DNA of 64,000 nucleotides from a virus (Duplodnaviria; Caudoviricetes): IMG/VR virus record IMGVR_UViG_2660238657_000001, positions 96,001 to 160,000 of that record; one strand, 5' to 3'. Shown piece by piece: positions 10,925 to 19,145 of this stretch (position 1 is its first letter; each line of letters starts with the position of its first letter). The notes under the pieces were generated by a model. It saw only the letters and a program-made list of their open reading frames with translations, ran no database searches and was not told where the DNA came from. The position numbers and the translations under genes were made by a program.

Positions 10925-11208
10925 TACTTTTTTAAAATATATTTTAATTAATTTGTATTTATACATAATTTTATAATACGCTCTATATTTAAGTTATAAG
11001 ACGTTTTAAAGTCTAAAGGTATAAATACTCTAAGATATAATTTAAAGTGCTTTATATGCTAAATTAGAGAGTTATTTTATAGTAGATTAGATATAATAAA
11101 ATAGAGACAACTAGTTAACTATCTCTATTTTTGTTTATACTATTTAATATTATGTTTACTTACAATTTCATTTATCTCATTTCTTGTTTAATTAGTTTGT
11201 ACTAAACA

Positions 11209-11775
11209 TTAGCTTAATTGATTATCAAACACATTCAAGTTTATATGTAGCTTATTGACCACATCTTCCTGTATGTATTCGTATATGCCTTGTATGTCCA
11301 TTTGTTCCCCTGTGAATTGTTCGTCTAGTAATTGAAATTCTGTAATAGCATTATCTTCGTAAATATTTTTTGTTGTATCTACTGTAACAATAGAAATTTG
11401 ATTATAAAATAAGTTATGTAGCTCTTGCAATAACTGTTTATTATAATTAAATTTGAATAATGGAATAACCCATTCGCCATCTGTTTGGTTGTTTGTATCT
11501 GTTAAAACTAGATTGTAAGTATTAGTGTTCTTATCGTATTCAACATATTTACAGTTCATAAATTGAATACGTTCGTTAGATTTTGTTTGTGGCAATGTTG
11601 GTATTATGTGCTTAGTTCGGTTGATGTGGTCTGGCTTTATAGTTGTTGCATTGCTAGTTACCTGTGTTTGTTCCTGTGCTTTTGCTGTATTGTTAGTAAA
11701 TGCTCCTGTTGTAAATATAGATATTGCTACTAAAACACCTGACACTATTTTCTTAAAATTGATTTTGTTAAACAT
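11209..11775 (-). CDS. Secreted protein of unknown function
   Basis: Sec signal peptide (basic N-terminus, hydrophobic core, AKA cleavage site). Confidence 0.75.
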   Translation of the reverse strand: MFNKINFKKIVSGVLVAISIFTTGAFTNNTAKAQEQTQVTSNATTIKPDHINRTKHIIPTLPQTKSNERIQFMNCKYVEYDKNTNTYNLVLTDTNNQTDGEWVIPLFKFNYNKQLLQELHNLFYNQISIVTVDTTKNIYEDNAITEFQLLDEQFTGEQMDIQGIYEYIQEDVVNKLHINLNVFDNQLS

Positions 11776-11827
11776 ATTAATCTCTCCCTTTTGATTTAAG
11801 TTTATATTTTGATTTAATTTATTTGTA

Positions 11828-11995
11828 TTATATAAATTGATAAGTAAAAATTTCTGAATGATGCTGGTTAATGTAAGTGCGTAATAATGAAGCTTGAATT
11901 GTAATTACTTCTTTAGTTTTAAGAATTACTTTAGCCATTTTAACTTCTTCTTCCTTTACTGCTGTTCTGAATTTATAGCTCCAATTATTACACAT
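11828..11995 (-). CDS. 55-aa hypothetical protein
   Basis: MCNNWSYKFRTAVKEEEVK...; AAGGGG RBS; promoter TTGACG-N17-TATTAT at 12068-12096. Confidence 0.6.
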   Translation of the reverse strand: MCNNWSYKFRTAVKEEEVKMAKVILKTKEVITIQASLLRTYINQHHSEIFTYQFI

Positions 11996-12283
11996 TTTAT
12001 CTATCCCCTTTAGTTTAAATTTTAATTAGTTTGTTTTATGCTTGAATTGTTTTCTTGCTACAAATACATAATAACATATTAAAACTATATCGTCAAGAGT
12101 ATATTTAAAATTATTGATATAAATTAATTAATTGTTATTAGCGACATATATTTTCATATTATATGTAAGAGTATACAGCATATAAATCTAATCTAATATA
12201 TACTGTATACGTAAAGCTAGGATTATATTAATAGTAAAATTTATCATATTGTTATTTTTGATCCGATTTTTTATTTAACTCCT

Positions 12284-12496
12284 TTATCTTTTATAATATT
12301 TGTTTCTTAGTTCTTCTTGTTCTTCTTTTCTAGCTAAAACATCCTGCTTAAGATATATACCTTTTTTTACTGCTATAAGCTTACCCGTTCTATTCATATC
12401 GGACAAACGTTGTTTAGATATACCTAAACACTCTACTACTTCTTTAGATTCCATTGTATTGTCTTGTATTAGTTTAATAAGTTCTGCTCTATCCAT
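12284..12496 (-). CDS. Small HTH DNA-binding protein (module E)
   Basis: KEVVECLGISKQRLSDM excisionase-like HTH; AGGAGG RBS. Confidence 0.75.
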   Translation of the reverse strand: MDRAELIKLIQDNTMESKEVVECLGISKQRLSDMNRTGKLIAVKKGIYLKQDVLARKEEQEELRNKYYKR

Positions 12497-12516
12497 TTTA
12501 AGTACCTCCTATTTTT

Positions 12517-12628
12517 CTAAATAAAAACTGATTTGAATATTAAAAATAATAAGAATCCTATAACACAAAGTTTAACTAAGATTTTTAAAATTAAGATAGT
12601 ACACTCTTTATATACATTTTTTTTTCAT
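12517..12628 (-). pseudogene. Small hydrophobic peptide (module E), out of frame in an A9 tract
   Basis: With A8 it reads MKKNVYKECTILILKILVKLCVIGFLLFLIFKSVFI. Confidence 0.5.
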
Positions 12629-13017
12629 TTAATCCATCCACCCTTTTTCCTTACTCACTATATTTATATTATATCATCTGTACGTAATAGGTAAATAGGT
12701 ATTATGGGAAAATTATATAATTTTGCAAAAAAAAATAAACCTTGTATTAAACAAGGTTTCAAAATTTTAATATATATTATATTCTATTATAGTTTTAAAA
12801 ATATCTTTTGTTGTTGCTATTGCAAAAGCTGGTATTAATTTAGTTATTTTTATAATGTCAAAGTTTATTTGTTTGATGTTCTCTTTTATTATACTGACAA
12901 ATAATATATATAAGCTATAACGATAAGTATACTATCATTTATAGTGCATAAGACAAAAATTAATGATAGTTAGTATAAGAGATATCAGAGTAAGTACAAA
13001 ACTAACCAAAGTTAATT

Positions 13018-13063
13018 GTGAACTACCACCACTTATAGAAGATAGTGGCTTCTACTAGTTTCG
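13018..13063 (-). mobile_element. 46-bp IS200/IS605-derived mini element (PATE-like)
   Basis: GAAGCCACTATCTTCTATAAGTGGTGGTAGTTCAC end hairpin; lies 3' of TTTAA; removal restores an ORF starting at 13082. Confidence 0.7.
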
Positions 13064-13119
13064 TTAAATTTTTATCATCCATTTAATCACAACCTTTCTT
13101 TTATATACAAAAATAATGA

Positions 13120-13326
13120 TTAATCCATTTTTTTGCTATTTAGAATTTTTTTCATCCCATCTATTGTAATTAACCACACACGACCAGTTTTTCTATAGTC
13201 TTCACCTTCAATTAGACCATGCATTCCTCTTTGACATATAGTTTTTAGAGTATTTATATTTATATCAAATTTTTCACTCGCTTCTTTTGTGTCCATTATA
13301 TCGTTTATATCGAACTTCTTAGTCAT
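13120..13326 (-). CDS. Small HTH DNA-binding protein (module D)
   Basis: IMDTKEASEKFDININTLK...RKTGRVWLIT winged-HTH pattern. Confidence 0.8.
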   Translation of the reverse strand: MTKKFDINDIMDTKEASEKFDININTLKTICQRGMHGLIEGEDYRKTGRVWLITIDGMKKILNSKKMD

Positions 13327-13339
13327 TTAAAATTTCCTC

Positions 13340-13429
13340 CTATTTAAAAATTATCAAATAAATTAGTAATGCTATTATCATTAGTTTAAATACTATACTA
13401 CATATTAATTTAAATTTTTCTTTTATCAT
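13340..13429 (-). CDS. 29-aa hydrophobic peptide (module D, ORF2)
   Basis: MIKEKFKLICSIVFKLMIIALLIYLIIFK. Confidence 0.55.
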   Translation of the reverse strand: MIKEKFKLICSIVFKLMIIALLIYLIIFK

Positions 13430-13462
13430 TGCATATCAATGGTTGAAATAATATAATATATA

Positions 13463-13582
13463 TAGGAGGGATTAAACCCTCCCACTAATATTAACTAAAA
13501 ATTTTAATTAATATTAGCTTGATAATATATATTTTTGTTAGTAGCTTAATGACTATTGCGAGTAGTTCATTAAGCTTTTTTA
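13463..13582 (+). ncRNA. Putative antisense antitoxin RNA (module D)
   Basis: TTGCAT-N17-TATAAT (13429-13457), 5' hairpin GGAGGGG/CCCCTCC, terminator AGCTTAATGA/TCATTAAGCT + T-run. Confidence 0.65.
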
Positions 13583-13595
13583 TTTTTTCAACCAT
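13491..13595 (-). CDS. 34-aa type I toxin-like peptide (module D, ORF1)
   Basis: MVEKIKKLNELLAIVIKLLTKIYIIKLILIKIFS; AAGGAGGTG RBS; promoter 13629-13657. Confidence 0.7.
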   Translation of the reverse strand: MVEKIKKLNELLAIVIKLLTKIYIIKLILIKIFS

Positions 13596-13786
13596 TTTTC
13601 CACCTCCTTTCCTTTACCTTATGTATATATTATATCACCGCATAAGGTGAAAGTCAAGTATATTTTAGGAAATTTTTATAATATTTTAAAAAATTTATAA
13701 ATATAAAAACACCTCCTAATTGTTTATACCAAAATGGTTTCACAAATAAGAGGTGTCACATATATATACGAAGTCCAGAGATATAT

Positions 13787-13966
13787 TTACTTTTTTAGTG
13801 AATTTTCCTTTTCTTTAATAAGTTGTTTAAGTTCTTTTAAGTCTTCCAATGTTGCTTTATTTTTTATAAAACTTCTAGCTGTAGACCTATCCCTTAGATA
13901 TCTAGTACGCTCTCTATTTTTTTCTTGCCACTTTTTATTGGCTTCAGTCTGTTTGTTTGTTTCCAT
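13787..13966 (-). CDS. 59-aa basic protein, probable DNA-binding regulator (module C)
   Basis: METNKQTEANKKWQEKNRERTRYLRDRSTARSFIKNKATLEDLKEL; AAGGTG RBS. Confidence 0.75.
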   Translation of the reverse strand: METNKQTEANKKWQEKNRERTRYLRDRSTARSFIKNKATLEDLKELKQLIKEKENSLKK

Positions 13967-13968
13967 GA

Positions 13969-14100
13969 TTACACCTTTCTATTTTTGTATTTAAAGTACA
14001 TAACAACTAATATAATTGTAATTATTGTTTTTAATATTAAGTTTTTTACAAAGATAACATTGAAAACTGCTAAACTTATTATTAATTTTCTTGTATTCAT
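13969..14100 (-). CDS. 43-aa hydrophobic peptide (module C, ORF2)
   Basis: MNTRKLIISLAVFNVIFVKNLILKTIITIILVVMYFKYKNRKV. Confidence 0.55.
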   Translation of the reverse strand: MNTRKLIISLAVFNVIFVKNLILKTIITIILVVMYFKYKNRKV

Positions 14101-14124
14101 ATTGTTTAAATGTTAGAATAACTT

Positions 14125-14235
14125 CATGAGGTGAGATTATAAAGATTAAGGGGAAATCCCCTAATCTTTATCAATGTAAGTTAAAACTGCGATTACTGTT
14201 GTTATTAGTGTGCAAACTATACTGACAACAGTTTG
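14125..14235 (+). ncRNA. Putative antisense antitoxin RNA (module C)
   Basis: TTGTAT-N17-TAGAAT (14091-14119); hairpins at ~14140-14170 and CTGTTG..CAACAG ~14196-14231. Confidence 0.55.
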
Positions 14236-14259
14236 AAATATTTGAAGTTGTTCTAACAT
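14161..14259 (-). CDS. 32-aa type I toxin-like peptide (module C, ORF1)
   Basis: MLEQLQIFQTVVSIVCTLITTVIAVLTYIDKD; AAAGGAGGTG RBS; promoter 14287-14315. Confidence 0.7.
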   Translation of the reverse strand: MLEQLQIFQTVVSIVCTLITTVIAVLTYIDKD

Positions 14260-14536
14260 TCGATCTCACCTCCTTTCTATACTTATATTATACTATCGAT
14301 AGTATAAAAAGTCAATACTTTTTTAGGATTTTATTTAATTTTTTCCAAATATTGATAAATAAAAATACCTCCCATTTCTGTATCGGAAAAACTTACACAA
14401 ATAAGAGGTATTTTATATAGATATAAAGTCTATAGGTATGATATATTTAATATTTTAGCAAATATAGTGATTGTATGTTACATACGTAAAATCAGGGTTA
14501 TATTAATAGTTTTAATAATAGATTGTAATATACAAT

Positions 14537-14644
14537 TTACTTAATAAAAGTTTGATAAATAGCGTACAAAGATATTATTAAGAAAGCTATTAATCCTATA
14601 AGTCGTATGATTCTAATAGCTAAATCCTTGCATAAATTTTTCAT
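14537..14644 (-). CDS. 35-aa hydrophobic peptide (module B, ORF2)
   Basis: MKNLCKDLAIRIIRLIGLIAFLIISLYAIYQTFIK. Confidence 0.55.
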   Translation of the reverse strand: MKNLCKDLAIRIIRLIGLIAFLIISLYAIYQTFIK

Positions 14645-14680
14645 ATTGATTAATGAGGGAAAAATATGATATACTTTTTT

Positions 14681-14856
14681 TATAAGGGATTAAGGTGTTA
14701 GCTTAACCCCTTATGTAATTAATTGAATAGTTTAATTATTCCTATTATGGCTAGTATAAAAGTACTTACCCAACCCATTAAGGATATTAAACTAATCATG
14801 AGTTTCTCTAGTAGATGAATAATTTCATCTGTGAACTTGAGGAACTCTTTTATTTT
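14681..14856 (+). ncRNA. Putative antisense antitoxin RNA (module B)
   Basis: TTGATT-N18-TATACT with TG extension; 5' hairpin; terminator GAGTTTCTC..GAGGAACTC-TTTT. Confidence 0.6.
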
Positions 14857-14865
14857 CTCCCCCAT
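14719..14865 (-). CDS. 48-aa type I toxin-like peptide (module B, ORF1)
   Basis: MGEKIKEFLKFTDEIIHLLEKLMISLISLMGWVSTFILAIIGIIKLFN; AAGGAGGTG RBS; promoter 14888-14916. Confidence 0.7.
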   Translation of the reverse strand: MGEKIKEFLKFTDEIIHLLEKLMISLISLMGWVSTFILAIIGIIKLFN

Positions 14866-15082
14866 TTCCTCACCTCCTTATGTATATATTATAACATATA
14901 TGGAAAGGTTTATCAATATATATATTGTATAATTTTAATTTGTTTTCAATCAGTATAATTTTAATATTATATGTAATTGCACGCAGTATAAATCTAGTTG
15001 ACATATATAGAATTGTATATACTGCATACGTAAAATTAAGATTACATTAATAGTTTTAATAATGGAATATGACATATTTAAG

Positions 15083-15208
15083 TCAATCTTGATTAGCTTT
15101 TTTCTTTAACTCATGAACTTCCTTTTCCAAAACTTTTGTATCTTTTTTAGTTTTAGAGATAGATAGTGTAATTAAGATTAATATTAATGTTATTATTATA
15201 TATTTCAT
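15083..15208 (-). CDS. 41-aa peptide, hydrophobic N-terminus and charged C-terminus (module A, ORF2)
   Basis: MKYIIITLILILITLSISKTKKDTKVLEKEVHELKKKANQD. Confidence 0.55.
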   Translation of the reverse strand: MKYIIITLILILITLSISKTKKDTKVLEKEVHELKKKANQD

Positions 15209-15236
15209 ATAATTAATTGTTATGGTATAATATATA

Positions 15237-15349
15237 GCAGATGGGGAATGGCATTTCCCCATCCATTGAGTTATTAGTTTAACTCTTTTTGTTTGATTAA
15301 GGCTTCATACTTAGCTTTCTCGGCTTCGTATTTAGCCTTTTTTATTTTT
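15237..15349 (+). ncRNA. Putative antisense antitoxin RNA (module A)
   Basis: TG-n-TATAAT at 15226-15231; hairpin GATGGGGAA/TTCCCCATC; terminator AAGGCT..AGCCTT + T-run. Confidence 0.6.
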
Positions 15350-15408
15350 AGTAATAATAAATATAAACCAAACAATCCAGTAAAAAAACTATATATTTTC
15401 AATACCAT
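15274..15408 (-). CDS. 44-aa type I toxin-like peptide (module A, ORF1)
   Basis: MVLKIYSFFTGLFGLYLLLLKIKKAKYEAEKAKYEALIKQKELN; AAGGGTG RBS; promoter 15443-15471. Confidence 0.7.
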   Translation of the reverse strand: MVLKIYSFFTGLFGLYLLLLKIKKAKYEAEKAKYEALIKQKELN

Positions 15409-15730
15409 AACTGTTTCACCCCTTTCTTTATCTTATGTATATATTATACCATATATGGAAACATATATCAATAAATTTATGGAATGATTTTAATTTATTT
15501 TCGTAATTATTTTGTTTGGGTAACTGAATTTAAGTAAATAGTTATGTAATGTTGAATAGGATTAAATAGAATAGTAGTATAAGTCTCATATTACTATTTG
15601 CTTATCATACTGTTATAATTATATTTATATAAAGATGTTATTTTATAATCTAAAATTATATTATTTTAAATATTTTATTTATTAATTTTTATTTTTTAAA
15701 TATTTTTATATTTATATAGATAATTAGAGT

Positions 15731-15780
15731 GAGATTGATTGAGATAAATGAAGATAAATGAAGATAAATAAGGATAATAT
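15731..15780 (+). repeat. Five tandem degenerate 10-bp repeats (AAGATAAATG)
   Basis: gagattgatt gagataaatg aagataaatg aagataaata aggataatat. Confidence 0.75.
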
Positions 15781-16685
15781 ATCATGGTGTAAAATTACAC
15801 TAATATAGTAAAAAGTTAAAAGTAGAGTGAAAATGGATAGAGAAGTATTTGCTTGATAATATAAGCTTTTATTTCGATATTTGCAACAAGGTAAATAAAC
15901 ACTTTCATTTTTCTATAATTACACTATATAGTAATCATTATTATATAATACAATATCTTAAATAATATTAAATGGTAATCTAAATTACATAAGAATATAA
16001 ATTCCTCTATTATTTCTATATTTATATAAAAATTATCTATTTTGTACCTAAAATTATCATAACTTTAGTACGCTAAAGCTATCTCGAACCTAGTAATACC
16101 AACGGTTTCAGAAGCTGGTCATAATTCATACAACACATAACGGTTGTTATGTCTTGAAACTTAGTAATTTACTACACTAAAGTATTTAGTATAGAGGGGC
16201 GTATTTCTCATTGTTTAGTGGGGTTCAGGCTTCAGCGTTTACCCTAGTACATCGACTCACACACTACCTAATTTTTCCAGTTACATCTCAGTTTTGAATT
16301 TAAAATTTTAAAACTTGCAAATTTTAATAAAAAGTGTATCGAAAAGTGTATCGTTAGAACCCTTACAAATAGCCACTTTTTCACTTTTTCAACTACCCTA
16401 TTTTTATCAAAAATCACTCATTTTTACCCTTTTCATACTCGCAAACTCTTATGTATCAATACTTTGAACGATATTACCTATCTTAACTCATCTCATCATT
16501 AAAAATTTGCATATCATTGACACCTCGCAAACCCTTATATATCAATACTTTAATCCACTTTTCAAACATTAAAATTTCACCTTTTACGATACAGGGTGTA
16601 TCGGTGAAAAATATAAAAATAAAATTTACGTAAAAATTAATTTTTAATAATTATATAAAAATAAAAAACACGCACACCTAAAATA

Positions 16686-17132
16686 TTATTTTACTCTAGG
16701 TATGCGTAAATTAATTGGCATATCTTCCATTAATTTATTTAGTTTGTTTATTGATATTGAGCGTTGACCATTCCTCTGCGTTTTACCTGTATTATGCCAT
16801 GCTAAATATCCTGATCCATTATATATTTCTTCTATACTGCCATCTGGTAATATTTTAATAACAATAAGATAGTCTGGTTTACTACTAATCCCTATAGATT
16901 TCCCTTGAGTTACTTTTATTTTAACAAATTTATTATCTTTTGTTTTAGCAGCATGTGTTTTAGTTGAGCAGGGTAATAGTTCTAAATCATAATAATAGGA
17001 TGCCAATACCTCACCTATACTTCCAGCTAAATGTCCATGAGGAGTGAATTTTCTTCCTTTAAAAGATGCCTCCAATACACTTACTATCGAGTAAAGTTCT
17101 TGAATTATAAATGGCATTTGTTCAATATTCAT
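16686..17132 (-). CDS. DUF6998-like protein (nuclease-like fold, possibly degenerate)
   Basis: RKFTPxGHLxGSIGE signature. Confidence 0.6.
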   Translation of the reverse strand: MNIEQMPFIIQELYSIVSVLEASFKGRKFTPHGHLAGSIGEVLASYYYDLELLPCSTKTHAAKTKDNKFVKIKVTQGKSIGISSKPDYLIVIKILPDGSIEEIYNGSGYLAWHNTGKTQRNGQRSISINKLNKLMEDMPINLRIPRVK

Positions 17133-17601
17133 GATACAATTTCTCCTATATGGTTAGATTAATATATACTAAATATAAGTTCATTATACAATAAATACAA
17201 ATTATAATAAACAAATTTTTCATAATACATCTGTATATTCCCTATCCAAATAGTCAAGAATTTAAGTATCCGTTAATTACATGAAATTTTATAAAAATAC
17301 AATAGTTTTCATGTTAAATGAAAATTCTCATTTTGTATACCTATAACCTAAAAGAGAGATTCTTAGATCTCTCTTTTTCATTTTATCAATGCATATTATA
17401 TAATTTAAAGATAATACTATTTAATGTAGAACACATAACTAAATTTAAATTTTTGTACTAGAAAATAGATGACGAAAATGATATAACAGTATTTAAAAAT
17501 CAACAACCAATATATTATAAAATAAATGGTAGTGATTATTTTTGTTACAAACTGTTATTATTATAAGTAGTCATCTATTTTTACTTTATTCTTAAATATT
17601 A

Positions 17602-17829
17602 TTAATGTATTATCAAAGTTTTTACTACTCTTTTAGTTCCGTCACAAGCTATTATTTTTAGCAAAGTATCATTTTTTACTATATTACCTACAGTTAATCC
17701 TAGTAGTGTACTATATACAATTAAATCCATTACTCTATTATTTTTTATCTTTTTACTATCTTGTTTGGCTTGTTCCCATCCTTTTTTAGAGAACTCATAA
17801 GTTTTACATCTGTTCAACATAGTTACCAC
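17602..17829 (-). CDS. Small membrane-associated hypothetical protein
   Basis: Last ORF of minus-strand operon; one hydrophobic segment. Confidence 0.6.
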   Translation of the reverse strand: MVTMLNRCKTYEFSKKGWEQAKQDSKKIKNNRVMDLIVYSTLLGLTVGNIVKNDTLLKIIACDGTKRVVKTLIIH

Positions 17830-17832
17830 CCT

Positions 17833-18165
17833 TTACTTAACTATTCCCCTATCGATCAAAAATTTAATGCTTTCGTTGAATTTCCCTATACCGTCCATTA
17901 TTTTTCCTGTTCCATTATCTACTTTTTCAAAGAAATTAGCAGTCCCTTTTACTATTTTTACTATTGCAGGTGGATTTTTCCTCCAATAAGCAACCAATTT
18001 AATAACATCTATTCCGCAAACGCTTATTCCAGATAATTTAATAATCTCACCATAATCTTTTTTACCAAATGCCTGTAATCCCTTATTCCATACAATTGTT
18101 AGTGTTGCAGTTTTAACAATATCCGAAAATATATCTCCTACCATAGCTACTCCTTTATAAAGCAC
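17833..18165 (-). CDS. SpoIIIAC/AD-like membrane protein
   Basis: helix-(AFGKKDYGEIIKLSG)-helix pattern; likely start ATG at 18144 after AGGAG. Confidence 0.5.
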   Translation of the reverse strand: MLYKGVAMVGDIFSDIVKTATLTIVWNKGLQAFGKKDYGEIIKLSGISVCGIDVIKLVAYWRKNPPAIVKIVKGTANFFEKVDNGTGKIMDGIGKFNESIKFLIDRGIVK

Positions 18166-18343
18166 TACAAGCTTTGATTAATTTAGTAACTAATAATACA
18201 GCTTGACACCCAACTAAGCTTAAACCACCAATGTTGACCATTTGAGATTCATTTTGTTTATTGAAAGCTATTAGCACCTTTTCTGTTATAGCTGATACTA
18301 TAGCTGTACTTCCCATTGCTATTATTATTGCTGTATTAGACAT
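18155..18343 (-). CDS. SpoIIIAC-like small membrane protein
   Basis: 62 aa, two hydrophobic helices joined by KVLIAFNKQNESQMVNIGG, as in SpoIIIAC (VLKQxGKEExAQxVTLAG). Confidence 0.6.
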   Translation of the reverse strand: MSNTAIIIAMGSTAIVSAITEKVLIAFNKQNESQMVNIGGLSLVGCQAVLLVTKLIKACSAL

Positions 18344-18475
18344 ATTAATCTCTCCCTTTATATAAATTTTACATAAATAATCATTATCTTTAATATTGAA
18401 AACTGAATATTAGAATTTGTTCCTATATGTTCTACGTAGATTAAATTATTTGATATTAAAGGAAGGAGAATAAAC

Positions 18476-18832
18476 TCAATCCTTTAATATTTTTGAATTT
18501 TGTTGTTTGATATATGATCTAAGGTCTACTATGTTACTAGTTCCATTTGCTACTTTTTCATTGTACGTACAAATTTCCTGTTGATATTGCTTAGTATTTA
18601 CATTTGTCTTGATAGTTGACTTATAGTTATTTGCTTTGTATATAAGTTTATTTATAAATTTTAATTGTCTAATAGTTAATTTAATGCTTAATCTTAATGT
18701 ATTTTGAACGATTCTTATAATATTTTTCATTAAACGTAAACCTAATCTGGTACTTCCAGTCAATAATAAACTTAAAACTTGTATAATCACAAGAAACTGA
18801 AAGAAAGATTTAATTATAGTTAACATTTGCAA
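18476..18832 (-). CDS. Membrane-anchored basic protein
   Basis: N-terminal TM segment, TTG start with GGAG RBS. Confidence 0.65.
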   Translation of the reverse strand: MQMLTIIKSFFQFLVIIQVLSLLLTGSTRLGLRLMKNIIRIVQNTLRLSIKLTIRQLKFINKLIYKANNYKSTIKTNVNTKQYQQEICTYNEKVANGTSNIVDLRSYIKQQNSKILKD

Positions 18833-18900
18833 AGCACTCCTTTAAACTTTTGTATTTGTAATAATATAACTTTTGTTGTTGTAAGAAATAAATAGAAGAT

Positions 18901-19145
18901 ATTATTTGTTTAAGCTAAAACTTAAATAATTGATAAATGATTTATCAAATTATTAGTTGTATTTATGTTGTATATTTAACTAAACATATCTAAGTTTTCA
19001 TATATTAAGTTATCAAGTTAAACATAATATACTAAGATGAGTCTTTGGATAGACAAGTATCTTAAAATATACTATATCTAACTAACAACTCAATATATAA
19101 AAATTAGATAGAATAGTTAAACATAAAGCTAAATAAACAAATAAT
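18901..19145 (-). ncRNA. ~245-nt long imperfect hairpin (structured RNA or ssDNA element)
   Basis: Arms pair along most of their length; many mismatches become G-U on the minus strand. Confidence 0.6.

Noticed and set aside
10980-11072. Loose inverted repeat around GGTATAAATACT
   Set aside because: Too degenerate in AT-rich DNA to support a specific call
13734-15487. Plus-strand ORFs 13734-13994, 13925-14116 and 15293-15487
   Set aside because: Shadows of minus-strand small genes that have clear RBSs and promoters
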